This document shows positions 27,643 to 37,489 of a stretch of DNA of 64,000 bases, one piece after another. How positions within the stretch are numbered: position 1 is the first letter of the stretch; each line of letters opens with the position of its first letter. Made by a program: the position numbers and the translations under genes. Location of the stretch: the IMG/VR virus record IMGVR_UViG_3300041411_000304; one strand, 5' to 3'. Source of the stretch: an uncultured virus (IMG/VR IMGVR_UViG_3300041411_000304) (Duplodnaviria > Heunggongvirae > Uroviricota > Caudoviricetes). The notes under the pieces were generated by a model. The model was not told where the DNA came from, ran no database searches, and saw only the letters and a list, made by a program, of their open reading frames with translations.

Positions 27643-28062
27643 TTAGTGCTTGGTCGCGTCGGACGGTGCTGGTGCCGCTTCCGGGGCCGGACCTAGCACC
27701 GCCATGTTGACGTCCTTGCTGATGTCCAGGATTTTTCCGATGGTCTGTTTGAGTGCGCAGGACGGGCAGCCGCACTGGAATCCTTCGACCTGCTTGACCT
27801 CTTCGACCAGGGCCACCACGACGTCGCCAGCATCGTCCTTGTAGATGATGTAGCGCGCCTCTGGATCGTTGATGCCGGCTGCCGTGCGAATCTCATCCCA
27901 GACCGCCTGATGCTCGGCAGATTGCTTCGCCAGAAGCTCCTTGCGTTGCTGGTTGTGGGATTCCAGCTCGGCATGGTGGCGAGTCCCCACGGCCTCCAAC
28001 TTGGCGAAAAGATCGCCGGAGATGACGACTGCGGAAGGGCACGCTTTGATGGTCTTGTACAT
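27643..28062 (-). CDS. hypothetical protein
   Basis: MYKTIK after AGGAG; CGCPSC motif. Confidence 0.7.
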   Translation of the reverse strand: MYKTIKACPSAVVISGDLFAKLEAVGTRHHAELESHNQQRKELLAKQSAEHQAVWDEIRTAAGINDPEARYIIYKDDAGDVVVALVEEVKQVEGFQCGCPSCALKQTIGKILDISKDVNMAVLGPAPEAAPAPSDATKH

Positions 28063-28073
28063 GCAGAAAACTC

Positions 28074-28598
28074 CTAGTTTTCTTTGTGGTTGAGGTAGTG
28101 GAACGCGAAAACGCCGATAACCCATCCGGCAAAGCAAATTACAATTCCGGCGCCCATTCCACGTACAAACTCGGAATCGGCTTTGATTCGGAAATACAGG
28201 TGCTGGGCGCGAATCTCGCGGACTTGCGCGGCGGTATACGTCGCCTGGCCAGCGTATTGGCCCGGTTTGGCCACAGAAGGCCCATCGACTGGCGGAATAG
28301 GGACTAAGGCCTGGTCCGATACCTTGGACCATCCTGGGGCGCCCTGGCCCACCGGGCGCTCGGCAGCCAGCAGGCCGTTATCGTGCAGCGCGACGACTAT
28401 GCCAATTGCCACGACCAGGATGACTTGGACGACCCGGAGGCGCCATTTATCGGTTCTTTGGCGCTGGCGGTCCAGCGCGGTTTCCAGGTCCAGCAAATCA
28501 CTCTCCAGCTTCTTGATGTAGTCCTCGCGAGAAATTGCGCGGGTGATGTCCTCCGGGCGACGGGCGCCCGGAGTGTCGATGAATCCCTTGTATCGCAT
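28074..28598 (-). CDS. membrane protein (coiled coil + two TM)
   Basis: Two hydrophobic segments. Confidence 0.65.
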   Translation of the reverse strand: MRYKGFIDTPGARRPEDITRAISREDYIKKLESDLLDLETALDRQRQRTDKWRLRVVQVILVVAIGIVVALHDNGLLAAERPVGQGAPGWSKVSDQALVPIPPVDGPSVAKPGQYAGQATYTAAQVREIRAQHLYFRIKADSEFVRGMGAGIVICFAGWVIGVFAFHYLNHKEN

Positions 28599-28600
28599 TA

Positions 28601-29338
28601 TCAATCCTCGATGGAGCGGACAATTTCAACTTTCTGGCCGGCAGCAACACCGGCATGGAATGCTTCCAGGTCTTCGCGACTTTCAACGGCTGGCGCTTTG
28701 CCGTCCTTATATTTGATTTCACCGAAGCGCTCTGCCACAGCCTTCTCTTTGGCAACGATTAACGCGGTCCCGGTTGAGCCGGACTGGCCGGTCAAGGCTT
28801 CGCGCTCCTTGGTCATCTGACCCAGGCGACGGGTGATGGTTCCGATGGCCGCGTGTTTGAACTGGCCGCCAAGACGGACATTGTACTTGGGAAGGCCCAG
28901 GCCGTCCATGTACTCTTTGCAGAGCTTATTGATGGCCGCTTCCAGCGAGTTGTACATTTGTACGCACATCTCAACGTCTGACTGATAGCCACGGAACTGC
29001 AGGGCCTTGCCCATCTTCTTGCGGTCGCCGACCTTCTTCTTGAAGTCCACGATGCCCCAGTCAAAGATGGCCTGGCAGTCGTTGTACTTGGCGATGGCAC
29101 AACCAAAGAAACTGAGGTAAAGCGGGAAGGCTGCGAAGTGGCGGGTGGCGTTCATAGCCAGGAATTCTTCGACAAAACCGGCCTGGCAATCCATCGCATC
29201 CAGCTGATACTTGTCCATCAGCTTGCGAGCGCGAGAGGCAGCGATGGCGGCCTCATTCGGGCTGGACGAATCTTCCGCCATAGCGAGCAACTTGGCGATG
29301 CGATCCTTGATTTTCTGCAGGTCGGTAGTGTCGTTCAT
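28601..29338 (-). CDS. DUF2786-domain protein
   Basis: RIAKLLAMAE...NEAAIA...ARKLMDKY. Confidence 0.75.
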   Translation of the reverse strand: MNDTTDLQKIKDRIAKLLAMAEDSSSPNEAAIAASRARKLMDKYQLDAMDCQAGFVEEFLAMNATRHFAAFPLYLSFFGCAIAKYNDCQAIFDWGIVDFKKKVGDRKKMGKALQFRGYQSDVEMCVQMYNSLEAAINKLCKEYMDGLGLPKYNVRLGGQFKHAAIGTITRRLGQMTKEREALTGQSGSTGTALIVAKEKAVAERFGEIKYKDGKAPAVESREDLEAFHAGVAAGQKVEIVRSIED

Positions 29339-29424
29339 CTTTCTATCCTCTTTCTGGGGAGTTCGTTTCAGATGGCGCCATTATCCGCCACCTGAAACCC
29401 AAAGTAAACCCCTTTTTGGAAATA

Positions 29425-30021
29425 TTATCGAACGCTGAACATACGTCCACCGATGACGTCCAAAACATACTCCCACAACGCCTCCTCCGGGAGTTGGAAG
29501 CGGTCGAAGTGCGCATCAGGCGTCACGCCAACGGCGCAGTATGAGGTGGCGCCGCGACTGAATTCGGCGGTCTTGGTCATGATCGTGGCCGCTTTCCCGT
29601 CCTGGCAGACCGGCATGGACGTGTGAAGTTCATACGGCTTGATTTCGTAGCGGTCGCCTGGGTTTATCCACTTGTTTGCGCGGTGCGCCTTGTATTCGGC
29701 GATGCTGACCCAGCCACTGCGATCCCACGGACGCCCTCCGCCAGCCATCCTGGGACCTTCGTGGCGATATGCTGCGTGAGTCGCGTAGCGCTCTGACTCC
29801 TTCGGCTCTGCCTTGTACATGGTGTTATTGAGGATTCCGACCAACACCTGGCTGGTGAAGCCAAACCGATGGTCGTGGATGGCAGAATCCTTGAAGCATG
29901 CCCGGCGCGGCAAGTCCGGGTGCCAAACGTGCATACGCTGGTTGCCGTCCAGCTGGACCTGGATGAATCCGAGGCCGTGGAGGGATATCTTGGACTTCAT
30001 TTTATCATCGATAGTGGACAT
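29425..30021 (-). CDS. cupin-fold metalloprotein
   Basis: RMHVW, IHDHRFGFTSQVLVG, later ELH. Confidence 0.65.
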   Translation of the reverse strand: MSTIDDKMKSKISLHGLGFIQVQLDGNQRMHVWHPDLPRRACFKDSAIHDHRFGFTSQVLVGILNNTMYKAEPKESERYATHAAYRHEGPRMAGGGRPWDRSGWVSIAEYKAHRANKWINPGDRYEIKPYELHTSMPVCQDGKAATIMTKTAEFSRGATSYCAVGVTPDAHFDRFQLPEEALWEYVLDVIGGRMFSVR

Positions 30022-30024
30022 TGT

Positions 30025-30357
30025 TCAATCACCCTGGACGGTCTGGACCTTCACCAGAAGATCGGCGCTGACGCGCTCGACTTCGCAGTCATCGGCACGC
30101 CAAACACGCCCGGTCTGGAGGTTCGTGATCCAATAGCCGTGATCCGGTCCCTCATTGATATTCAAAGAGGCACACGAAGAGCGAATGGCAACATCAACAC
30201 GCATACATGCCATGCCTTCGCGCAGGAAGAGTTGGCCGCGCTTCAACTCGGATATCCTAGCCGCATTCGGACGGACGCCGATGAATTGGACTTTCAACTC
30301 GGATGCCGACTTGATGGCGCGCGGCTGTCTTTCGTGTCGCATTTTCACCTCAAACAC
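30025..30357 (-). CDS. hypothetical protein
   Basis: ORF in operon. Confidence 0.6.
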   Translation of the reverse strand: MFEVKMRHERQPRAIKSASELKVQFIGVRPNAARISELKRGQLFLREGMACMRVDVAIRSSCASLNINEGPDHGYWITNLQTGRVWRADDCEVERVSADLLVKVQTVQGD

Positions 30358-30444
30358 TCGATGTAGATTAGCAGGGAAAGGATGGCGCCGCTATACAGCA
30401 GCGCCGTGAACAACATGGCCTTCGCGATGAGGCGGAACACACCA

Positions 30445-31386
30445 TCACCCAAAGAACTTGGAACGGCAGATGGGGCCGATGCCGAGGCGAACCGACTCCT
30501 CATTGGAAAGCTCGCGGCCACAGCAGGAGCAGGTTCCGGTCAGGTTTCCGTAGGCCACAGCGGAGGCCAGGGAATCCTTGAACATCTCGATGATGCTGGC
30601 ACGCTGCTCCGGGGTGCAGTCACGGCCATGGAGGAACTTTCCGTTGGTGATCTTGCCCATGTACTCGCCATCGGTCGACTTGACGTAAAGCGAGCCGGCG
30701 TTGACGCTGTGGGCAACGGCCTCGTACACGACGATGGTGAATTCATCCTTGCCGGCCAGGCGCACCTTCGGCTTGCCGAGGCCGTTGGCTTTGGCGGTAC
30801 GGATGGCCCGCTCAATGCTCTCAGTCTCCAGGACCGGGGCATCAGCGACGGCCTGGGCGCGCTCGGCTTGGCGCTGCTTGCCCTTCTCGATGGTGCGGAG
30901 GGCTGCCGCGTGTTGGCCTTCGGTAAGTTTGCCGTAGCGGAAGCAAGCCGCGCGCAGCGACTGGGAAAACTCCCAGGTGTTCTCGCGCCACCAGGCAGCA
31001 ATCTCCGGATTTTCGGCTTCGAACTGGTCAAAGGCGATTTGGCGCTGGCGCAGCTCTTCGTCGGCCTTTGCAAATTTGCGCTCAGCGGCCTTGCCGCGAG
31101 CCTTGGCGCGTTGCTCTGCACTGGTTTTGAACTCTTTGTAGCCGACGCCACCGCACTCAAAGCACTGGTTGCCGTGGGTGGACGGGTGGAAGTATTTCCC
31201 GGACCCGCCGCACTTCTTGCACTTCTCGCGGAACAACTTGACCTCTTGAGCAGCGGTCTTGCGAGTGTGGCGAGCGCCCATGGATGCTTCCTCCACGGTG
31301 TCCGGCTTTCCGGTCGTGTTGGAGATGTCGTTGAAATCGTTGCCGAGGTCATCGAAGCCGGTGAAGGTGTTCTTGGCTGCGTTCAT
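30445..31386 (-). CDS. Zn-finger protein with C-terminal DUF6011-like domain
   Basis: CKKCGGSG/CFECGGVG; CSCCGREL...S..LGIGPIC. Confidence 0.75.
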   Translation of the reverse strand: MNAAKNTFTGFDDLGNDFNDISNTTGKPDTVEEASMGARHTRKTAAQEVKLFREKCKKCGGSGKYFHPSTHGNQCFECGGVGYKEFKTSAEQRAKARGKAAERKFAKADEELRQRQIAFDQFEAENPEIAAWWRENTWEFSQSLRAACFRYGKLTEGQHAAALRTIEKGKQRQAERAQAVADAPVLETESIERAIRTAKANGLGKPKVRLAGKDEFTIVVYEAVAHSVNAGSLYVKSTDGEYMGKITNGKFLHGRDCTPEQRASIIEMFKDSLASAVAYGNLTGTCSCCGRELSNEESVRLGIGPICRSKFFG

Positions 31387-31464
31387 GGTGGCGCTCCTTT
31401 TTGGGATTTCGCGTTAGGTGAGGCAAGTATGCGCCACCTTTTCCATCTCGGCAACAACTATCTG

Positions 31465-31653
31465 CTATAGGTCAATCAAAAGTTCACTGATGGTGGACTT
31501 GTCCTGGGCCGAGATGTCATCATCGTGTATCGTCATGTAGGTGAGGAGGGTCAAGGCCAGGGCCTTGGCGATGTCGCCCTGGGTGGCGCCGTGAAACTCC
31601 TTCATACGGACGGCGTTGGTCAGGGATTCGACCACCGATGTCAGGTCTTTCAT
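31465..31653 (-). CDS. hypothetical protein
   Basis: AAGGA RBS. Confidence 0.6.
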   Translation of the reverse strand: MKDLTSVVESLTNAVRMKEFHGATQGDIAKALALTLLTYMTIHDDDISAQDKSTISELLIDL

Positions 31654-31662
31654 TTTCGGTCC

Positions 31663-31917
31663 TTAGAATGGGAAATCGTCGTAGATAGGTGGCAACTCAA
31701 AGGCCGGCGCCAATTTGCCGTCCTGGTCGCGCTTGCAGCCAGCAGAGCCGGCCCGGTGGGGATATTCACGGCAATCCAAATCGCACACGTACTCTCGTTT
31801 GACGGCATAGAGATTCCTCCAGCCGCACCGGGTGCACTTCTTGTCCGCTTGGACGTCACGGAAGCGGTGGCGCTTTCCGCAACGTCCACAACGAACGGTA
31901 GGCTCGTGAAACATCAA
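31663..31917 (-). CDS. Cys-rich Zn-ribbon protein
   Basis: CGRC, CTRC, CDLDC..HR. Confidence 0.65.
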   Translation of the reverse strand: MMFHEPTVRCGRCGKRHRFRDVQADKKCTRCGWRNLYAVKREYVCDLDCREYPHRAGSAGCKRDQDGKLAPAFELPPIYDDFPF

Positions 31918-32447
31918 CCTCGGAGCGCCCCATAGCCACTGTTGCAGCGCTCCGGATTAAATCGGCCAAGGATGTAGTCCGGGCGCCGGGAATCCGGCTG
32001 CGGGCACGCGGCAATTATGCGCCAGCCTTCATCGATCTTGCCTTGCAGGAGGTCGGTGCACGCATCCTCCAGCAGCATAGTTTCGTTGTAGGTGGCAAGG
32101 GCCTGGCCAGGCATGTGAACTTCGCAGCGCTCGTTGAAGTGCGACTCAAAAGGGGATGACATCGTCATCTGCTGCTCGAATCTTTGGGCCGCTACTTCGA
32201 AAGGGCGCGCAATTGCCGGCGCGGAAAGGTCCATGGAGCTGATGATGGCAGCCGGCTGGTGTCCGGCCAACCAGAGGTCGACCAGCTGTGAGTCCGTCAC
32301 CAGGACTTGCGGCTGGTTCTTTTGGCCTCCTTGGTAGGATATGCCCATTTGCTCCAGCAGTTGCAGGCGTTCTTCTTGCTTGACTTCCGATTCTGCGCCA
32401 TACATCCATTGGAGTTGTATGAGGTTGACGCGCGTTTTCCCTTGCAT
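31914..32447 (-). CDS. hypothetical protein
   Basis: DACTDLLQ...GWRIIAACPQPDSRRPDYILG. Confidence 0.7.
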   Translation of the reverse strand: MQGKTRVNLIQLQWMYGAESEVKQEERLQLLEQMGISYQGGQKNQPQVLVTDSQLVDLWLAGHQPAAIISSMDLSAPAIARPFEVAAQRFEQQMTMSSPFESHFNERCEVHMPGQALATYNETMLLEDACTDLLQGKIDEGWRIIAACPQPDSRRPDYILGRFNPERCNSGYGALRG

Positions 32448-32474
32448 CTCTTTCTGTTCCTTTCTGATTGATGT

Positions 32475-32789
32475 TCAAATGATGCCGTGCATGTAGTCAA
32501 ACGTCCTGATGAGGTCGTCGTCCTGCTTGCCGCGAGACGCTATTTTAAGCGTTTCTGAGTATCCGTGGCAACCTCCTTCTATGGACAGAGATGAGATGAA
32601 GCCTGCGGATACAACAGAAGTTAGAACGGCGCCAGGACGTCGCCCATCGATGTGAGCACTGCGAATTGCAGCGGCCAAGTCCGTGGCGACGTCCGCATGA
32701 ACAAGCTCATTTGGGAATATGAACGGCAGCTCACGTATAAACTCGCCATTGTCGTTGACGGTCTTGACTTGAAGGACTATGTATTTCAC
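32475..32789 (-). CDS. hypothetical protein
   Basis: GTG start (KYIVLQ) after GGGAG. Confidence 0.65.
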   Translation of the reverse strand: MKYIVLQVKTVNDNGEFIRELPFIFPNELVHADVATDLAAAIRSAHIDGRRPGAVLTSVVSAGFISSLSIEGGCHGYSETLKIASRGKQDDDLIRTFDYMHGII

Positions 32790-32989
32790 TTTTGACTGCT
32801 CCCGTAACGCTGGATGCACGGAAATTGACAAGACGGCTCCAGTCGCGGCGCTGGGCGATAAACGCCCCATGAAACCGGACACTGGGCCGTGGAATAGTCG
32901 TGAACCTCGCCGGCGACTAGGGCGCCCAATAGCGCGCTAGATGTCGACAACATAAGGACTTGATACCAGGATTTCAACGGTCGGCGCAT
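32786..32989 (-). CDS. small signal-peptide/membrane protein
   Basis: Hydrophobic N-terminus. Confidence 0.5.
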   Translation of the reverse strand: MRRPLKSWYQVLMLSTSSALLGALVAGEVHDYSTAQCPVSWGVYRPAPRLEPSCQFPCIQRYGSSQK

Positions 32990-33438
32990 GACCACTCAAT
33001 CCGCTTGGATCCACTGAAATATCGATACTGTCCGAAGTAAATTCCGCCCAGCTTGCCGCGAGCCATGATGACTCCGGTTGCCGGCACAGCAGTCTCCCAC
33101 CCATCGGCCTTCGGGTGATCGGTGAACGGCGTGGAGTAGGCCATTCCGCCAGAAGGCGACAGCGCGAAGAACTCGTGGCCACGATCCAGGATGAACACGC
33201 GCTGGGCGCCCATCATACGCTCTTCAATCTGGCCATCGCCGTCCGAGTCCGACAGAGCGAATACGCGCTCATTGCAGGCCAGCAGGATGGCCTCGGCGCC
33301 CTTCTGGTCGGTGACGTCACTAAGGTACGTGCCGTGGATCGTCGGCACTTGGATGCGGTCGCGGTTGCCATCGGCCATCGCCACAGAACTCGCGGCGATG
33401 GCCAGGAACAACGCTTTGGCGCTTAGGCTGATCACCAA
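32974..33438 (-). CDS. putative exported protein
   Basis: Signal-peptide-like KALFLAIAASSVAMA. Confidence 0.6.
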   Translation of the reverse strand: MVISLSAKALFLAIAASSVAMADGNRDRIQVPTIHGTYLSDVTDQKGAEAILLACNERVFALSDSDGDGQIEERMMGAQRVFILDRGHEFFALSPSGGMAYSTPFTDHPKADGWETAVPATGVIMARGKLGGIYFGQYRYFSGSKRIEWSCADR

Positions 33439-33641
33439 GAGTCTCCCTTTGACGGACGGTAAACCGGCACACAGTCGACCTCAGCCGCGTTGATGCTGGG
33501 GAGATGAGACGGCAGGTCGGCACGGCAACCATACTCTGTCTGGTAGACTTTGTCCACCTCCTGCTTGATGACACAATCGTCGGACCCAGGGAAGACGCAA
33601 ACGATGCTGGCTATGATGTATCCAACAAGCACTCCGTCCAT
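33432..33641 (-). CDS. small Cys-containing protein
   Basis: MDGVLVG after AAGGAG. Confidence 0.6.
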   Translation of the reverse strand: MDGVLVGYIIASIVCVFPGSDDCVIKQEVDKVYQTEYGCRADLPSHLPSINAAEVDCVPVYRPSKGDSW

Positions 33642-33700
33642 TTCTTTGACTCCTTTGTTGAGGTGAGATAAGCGTAACGCCAAATGGCGAAGCCGGCAAG

Positions 33701-34054
33701 CTATTCAGCCATGCCTTTGATATCCTTCCCCATCAACCAGAGTGGCGCGTCTTTGTGGTCCCCCTGGACGAAGTACAGCACCGAGTCACGAGAGTCTAGA
33801 GCCGTAGATTCAACCTCCAGGACTATTCCGATGCCCTCAATGATTCCGTCTTTGTACACCACGCTGTCGTTGGTCTCATAGCGCTCTTTCTTTTGGAGAT
33901 TCACCGGAGTCTCTTGGTCATTTACCATCCAGCTTTCGACGGACGCGCCAGGATAACTCACGGCAAGCTCGTGGGCCTTGGTATCGTCCTCGAACACGCC
34001 GATGACGCCTGTTCCATCCGTTACTATGTGGACAATAGGCGAAAGTTCTTTCAT
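33701..34054 (-). CDS. hypothetical protein
   Basis: AAGGAG RBS. Confidence 0.7.
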   Translation of the reverse strand: MKELSPIVHIVTDGTGVIGVFEDDTKAHELAVSYPGASVESWMVNDQETPVNLQKKERYETNDSVVYKDGIIEGIGIVLEVESTALDSRDSVLYFVQGDHKDAPLWLMGKDIKGMAE

Positions 34055-34193
34055 TTTGAAGCTCCTTGTATTAACTCACGCAACTCGGTCGTGTACATAT
34101 GCAATGTGACCTTAACAGAAATGTGATTGCCCTGTGTGGAGGTCACACAATATACTAGCCACAAGTCTCAGCCCAATAAACATGGAACCAAAC

Positions 34194-36488
34194 ATGTTCA
34201 AATTCCAGTGGCCTTTTAAGTCGGTCAAGAATAATGCCGACGAAGAACTTCGGCAAGTAAAAGAGCAATTTGCGCCTCAGTATGACGCCCTTGACCCACT
34301 AAGCCGCCTGGGAAAAGTTCGCGGATGGGATGTCACCGAGAAAGAGCCGTTCAAGCTCGCGACGGTGGATGACTTCCTGGAGAGCAAGCTGATGCCTGCC
34401 GGAGTCATGGACGGCGCCCTGGCAAAGAGCGCGATGGACGATGGCGACGGCACCATGCCGGCTGCCAAGGCCGCGAACGGCGCCAGCAACTACACGGTGC
34501 CGGAGCAACTTCAGAACTGGTACAATTCCCAGAGCTTCATCGGCTATCAGTCTTGCGCGATCATCGCCCAGCACTGGCTGGTGGACAAGGCCTGTTCCAT
34601 GGCCGGCGAAGACGCCCTGCGGAACGGATGGGAAGTCAAGACCGATGGCGTCAAGCTCACCGATGAACAAAAGGCGGTTATTGCCGATCTGGACATCAAG
34701 TTCAAGATCAAAGAAAACTTGGCCGAGTTCAACCGGTTCAAGAACATCTTTGGCATCCGAATCGCCCTGTTTGAAGTTGAGTCCGAGGACAAAGACTACT
34801 ACAGCAAGCCATTCAACATTGATGGCGTGATAGAAGGCTCATACAAGGGCGTTTCCCAGGTCGACCCGTACTGGATGATGCCAATGTTGACGAACGCATC
34901 AACCGCCGATCCGTCTGCCAAGGACTTCTATGAGCCGGACTATTGGATCATCAGTGGCAAGAAGTACCATCGCAGCCACCTGATCATCGCTCGCGGCCCG
35001 CAGCCAGCGGATATCCTCAAGCCAACATACATATTCGGCGGCATCCCGCTGACCCAGCGCATCTATGAGCGTGTGTATGCTGCCGAACGGACGGCAAACG
35101 AGGCGCCGCTGCTGGCAACCAACAAGCGGACCACGGCCATTCACGTGGACGTCGAAAAGGCCCTGGTCAACGAAGAAAGTTTTGTCAAACGCCTCCTGTT
35201 CTGGGTCAAATACCGGGACAACCATGCCGTCAAGGTTCTTGGCAAAGAAGAGTCCATGGAACAATTCGACACCAACTTGTCGGATTTTGACTCGGTCATC
35301 ATGAACCAATACCAACTTGTCGCGGCCATTGCCAAGACTCCAGCCACCAAGTTGCTTGGAACTTCGCCAAAGGGATTCAATGCCACCGGCGAGTTTGAGA
35401 TGGTATCCTATCACGAGGAACTGGAGTCCATCCAGGAGCATGTTTATGACCCGCTACTGGACCGTCACTACCAGCTGGCGTGCAAATCTCTCAACTTCAG
35501 CGCCCAACTGAAAGTTGTATGGAACTCGGTGGACTCCTGCACCAGCCAGCAGCTGGCCGACCTCAACGCGAAGAAGGCCGAGACTGATGAGCGCAACGTC
35601 AATATGGGCGCGATTTCGCCTGACGAAGTTCGCCAGCGTCTGCGCGATGATCCGCGTTCCGGATACAATCGCCTGACTGACGATGAGGCCGAGATGGAAC
35701 CTGGCATGTCGCCGGAGAACCTGGCCGAATTGGAGAAGGCCGGCAGCGAGGCGGTCGAAGCCGAGGCCGCGCGCACGGCTTCGGCGCTTGGCGCGACCCC
35801 TCCGACCGCCCCGACAACGCCTAAGCCCCAGGCCGCGCCCATCCCGGCGCCCAAAGCCAAGGAGGACGCCGAGCCGGCGCCGACCAAAGCCGACGAAATC
35901 CGGAACCTGCTGGCCTCGTTGGTGTCGAAGCTAGACGACCTGGCCGACGCGACCATGGCCGAAGGCGTCGACCTTCAGCACGACGACGCGCCCGGCCTCC
36001 ATCGCACCACCAAACCGAGTGTGAAGGGCATGGAGCCTAGCGTATATGGACAGGCCCGACTGGTTGGCGAGAAAGACCACTCCCAGCTCCACCGCATCAA
36101 GATGGACGGCATCGTGTCTCTGATCGAGAACCCGCGCGGAAGCATCAGACAAGGCAAAGACGGCTCGTGGCGCGTCAAGATGCCTCACCACTACGGCTTC
36201 ATCAAAGGGACCAAAGGCGCGGATGGCGATGAGGTTGACTGCTTCATCGGTCCTAACTTGAAGTCCAAGCGTGTGTTCGTGGTCAACCAGGTCGGCAAAA
36301 CCGGCCAGTTTGACGAGCACAAGTGTATGCTGGGTTTCGACTCCGAAACCGACGCACGCAAAGGCTATCTTGGCAGCTTCTCGCCCGGCTGGGACGGCCT
36401 CGGCTCAATCCACGAAATCCACCTGAATGACTTCCGGAAGTGGCTGGCGAAAGGCGACACTAGCAAACCGTTCGGGGCCATCCGTTGA
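34194..36488 (+). CDS. portal protein (DUF1073-type) with C-terminal inorganic-pyrophosphatase-like domain
   Basis: YHRSHLI, TPATKLLGTSPKGFNATGE; C-terminal HYGFIKGTKGADGDEVDCF...DEHK; start could be 34182. Confidence 0.88.
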   Translation: MFKFQWPFKSVKNNADEELRQVKEQFAPQYDALDPLSRLGKVRGWDVTEKEPFKLATVDDFLESKLMPAGVMDGALAKSAMDDGDGTMPAAKAANGASNYTVPEQLQNWYNSQSFIGYQSCAIIAQHWLVDKACSMAGEDALRNGWEVKTDGVKLTDEQKAVIADLDIKFKIKENLAEFNRFKNIFGIRIALFEVESEDKDYYSKPFNIDGVIEGSYKGVSQVDPYWMMPMLTNASTADPSAKDFYEPDYWIISGKKYHRSHLIIARGPQPADILKPTYIFGGIPLTQRIYERVYAAERTANEAPLLATNKRTTAIHVDVEKALVNEESFVKRLLFWVKYRDNHAVKVLGKEESMEQFDTNLSDFDSVIMNQYQLVAAIAKTPATKLLGTSPKGFNATGEFEMVSYHEELESIQEHVYDPLLDRHYQLACKSLNFSAQLKVVWNSVDSCTSQQLADLNAKKAETDERNVNMGAISPDEVRQRLRDDPRSGYNRLTDDEAEMEPGMSPENLAELEKAGSEAVEAEAARTASALGATPPTAPTTPKPQAAPIPAPKAKEDAEPAPTKADEIRNLLASLVSKLDDLADATMAEGVDLQHDDAPGLHRTTKPSVKGMEPSVYGQARLVGEKDHSQLHRIKMDGIVSLIENPRGSIRQGKDGSWRVKMPHHYGFIKGTKGADGDEVDCFIGPNLKSKRVFVVNQVGKTGQFDEHKCMLGFDSETDARKGYLGSFSPGWDGLGSIHEIHLNDFRKWLAKGDTSKPFGAIR

Positions 36489-37327
36489 TGGCCTTCGTGG
36501 CGCGCAAAACTCGCGAGCGACGGGCGCCGATGCCCGTTGGTCGCGGCAAGCCCATTGTGCCAAACGCAGCAATCGAGGCCTGGTATCGTCAGCAGATGAA
36601 TGCCATGGCAAAGGCCATGATTGCTGACTACCGGAAAGAGCTTGGAGCGGTGATGGCCTCGCCAAGCGTCCGCAAGTTTTATGGCAAGGACGAATCGCCA
36701 AGCTCGGCCTTCACGCGCACTCTGAATAGCCTTCGTCAACGCTGGCGTAGCATGTTCGAAGGATTCGCCATCAAACTGGCGCCAGAGTTCACCGGAAAGG
36801 TAGACGCAGCAGCGACATCATCCACCCTTAATAGCCTTTCCGTGGCCGGCCTGGATCAGCCGCGCGCGACCTATAACGAGGCAATTCAGAATACCCTCAA
36901 GGCCGCGACCGAATTCAACCACACGCTGATAACGAACATCAGCCAAGAAGTGCACGAAAAGATTTACAGTGCCATCATGCTTTCCCTAACTTCCCCAAAT
37001 CCGGAGGAGCAAGGGACGGCAGGCATCACGAATGCCTTGCGCGACGTCGGGGAGTTCTCCGAGAAGCGCATCAAGCTCATCGCCAAAGACCAGACCAGCA
37101 AGTTGTACAGCTCTGTCAGCGATGAGCGAATGGGGCAAAATGGCGTTGAAGAGTTTGAATGGATGCACTCTTCTGCAGGGAAAGTTCCACGGCACACCCA
37201 CGTGGAGAAAAATGGACAAATATTCAAACTCAATGACCCACGGCTGTGGCAGGGACCGAAGGCCGACCAGGGACCGCCAGGGTGGGCGATCAACTGCCGG
37301 TGTCGCAAGATTCCGGTCATCAGATAA
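36485..37327 (+). CDS. Mu gpF/SPP1 gp7-like minor head protein
   Basis: IAKDQTSK, EW..S...PR.TH, PGWAINCRC. Confidence 0.88.
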   Translation: MMAFVARKTRERRAPMPVGRGKPIVPNAAIEAWYRQQMNAMAKAMIADYRKELGAVMASPSVRKFYGKDESPSSAFTRTLNSLRQRWRSMFEGFAIKLAPEFTGKVDAAATSSTLNSLSVAGLDQPRATYNEAIQNTLKAATEFNHTLITNISQEVHEKIYSAIMLSLTSPNPEEQGTAGITNALRDVGEFSEKRIKLIAKDQTSKLYSSVSDERMGQNGVEEFEWMHSSAGKVPRHTHVEKNGQIFKLNDPRLWQGPKADQGPPGWAINCRCRKIPVIR

Positions 37328-37489
37328 CTTCGCGGTCTGCTTTGGCGTTGTGACGCGATACCAACGTGGAGACACCGAGATGAATACCGAATCGACGCGG
37401 GAAAGGAAGTGGTGGCTGGAGTTCTCCGCTGCTTTTGCGGATTGCAAACGTGGCCGCTTCCTTAACCCGAAACTTGCCGCTGTGGACTT

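Noticed and set aside
34194..36488. Anti-CBASS Acb1 label sometimes given to DUF1073 portals
   Set aside because: No paired HxT/S 2H-phosphoesterase motifs seen; the C-terminal domain is PPase-like.
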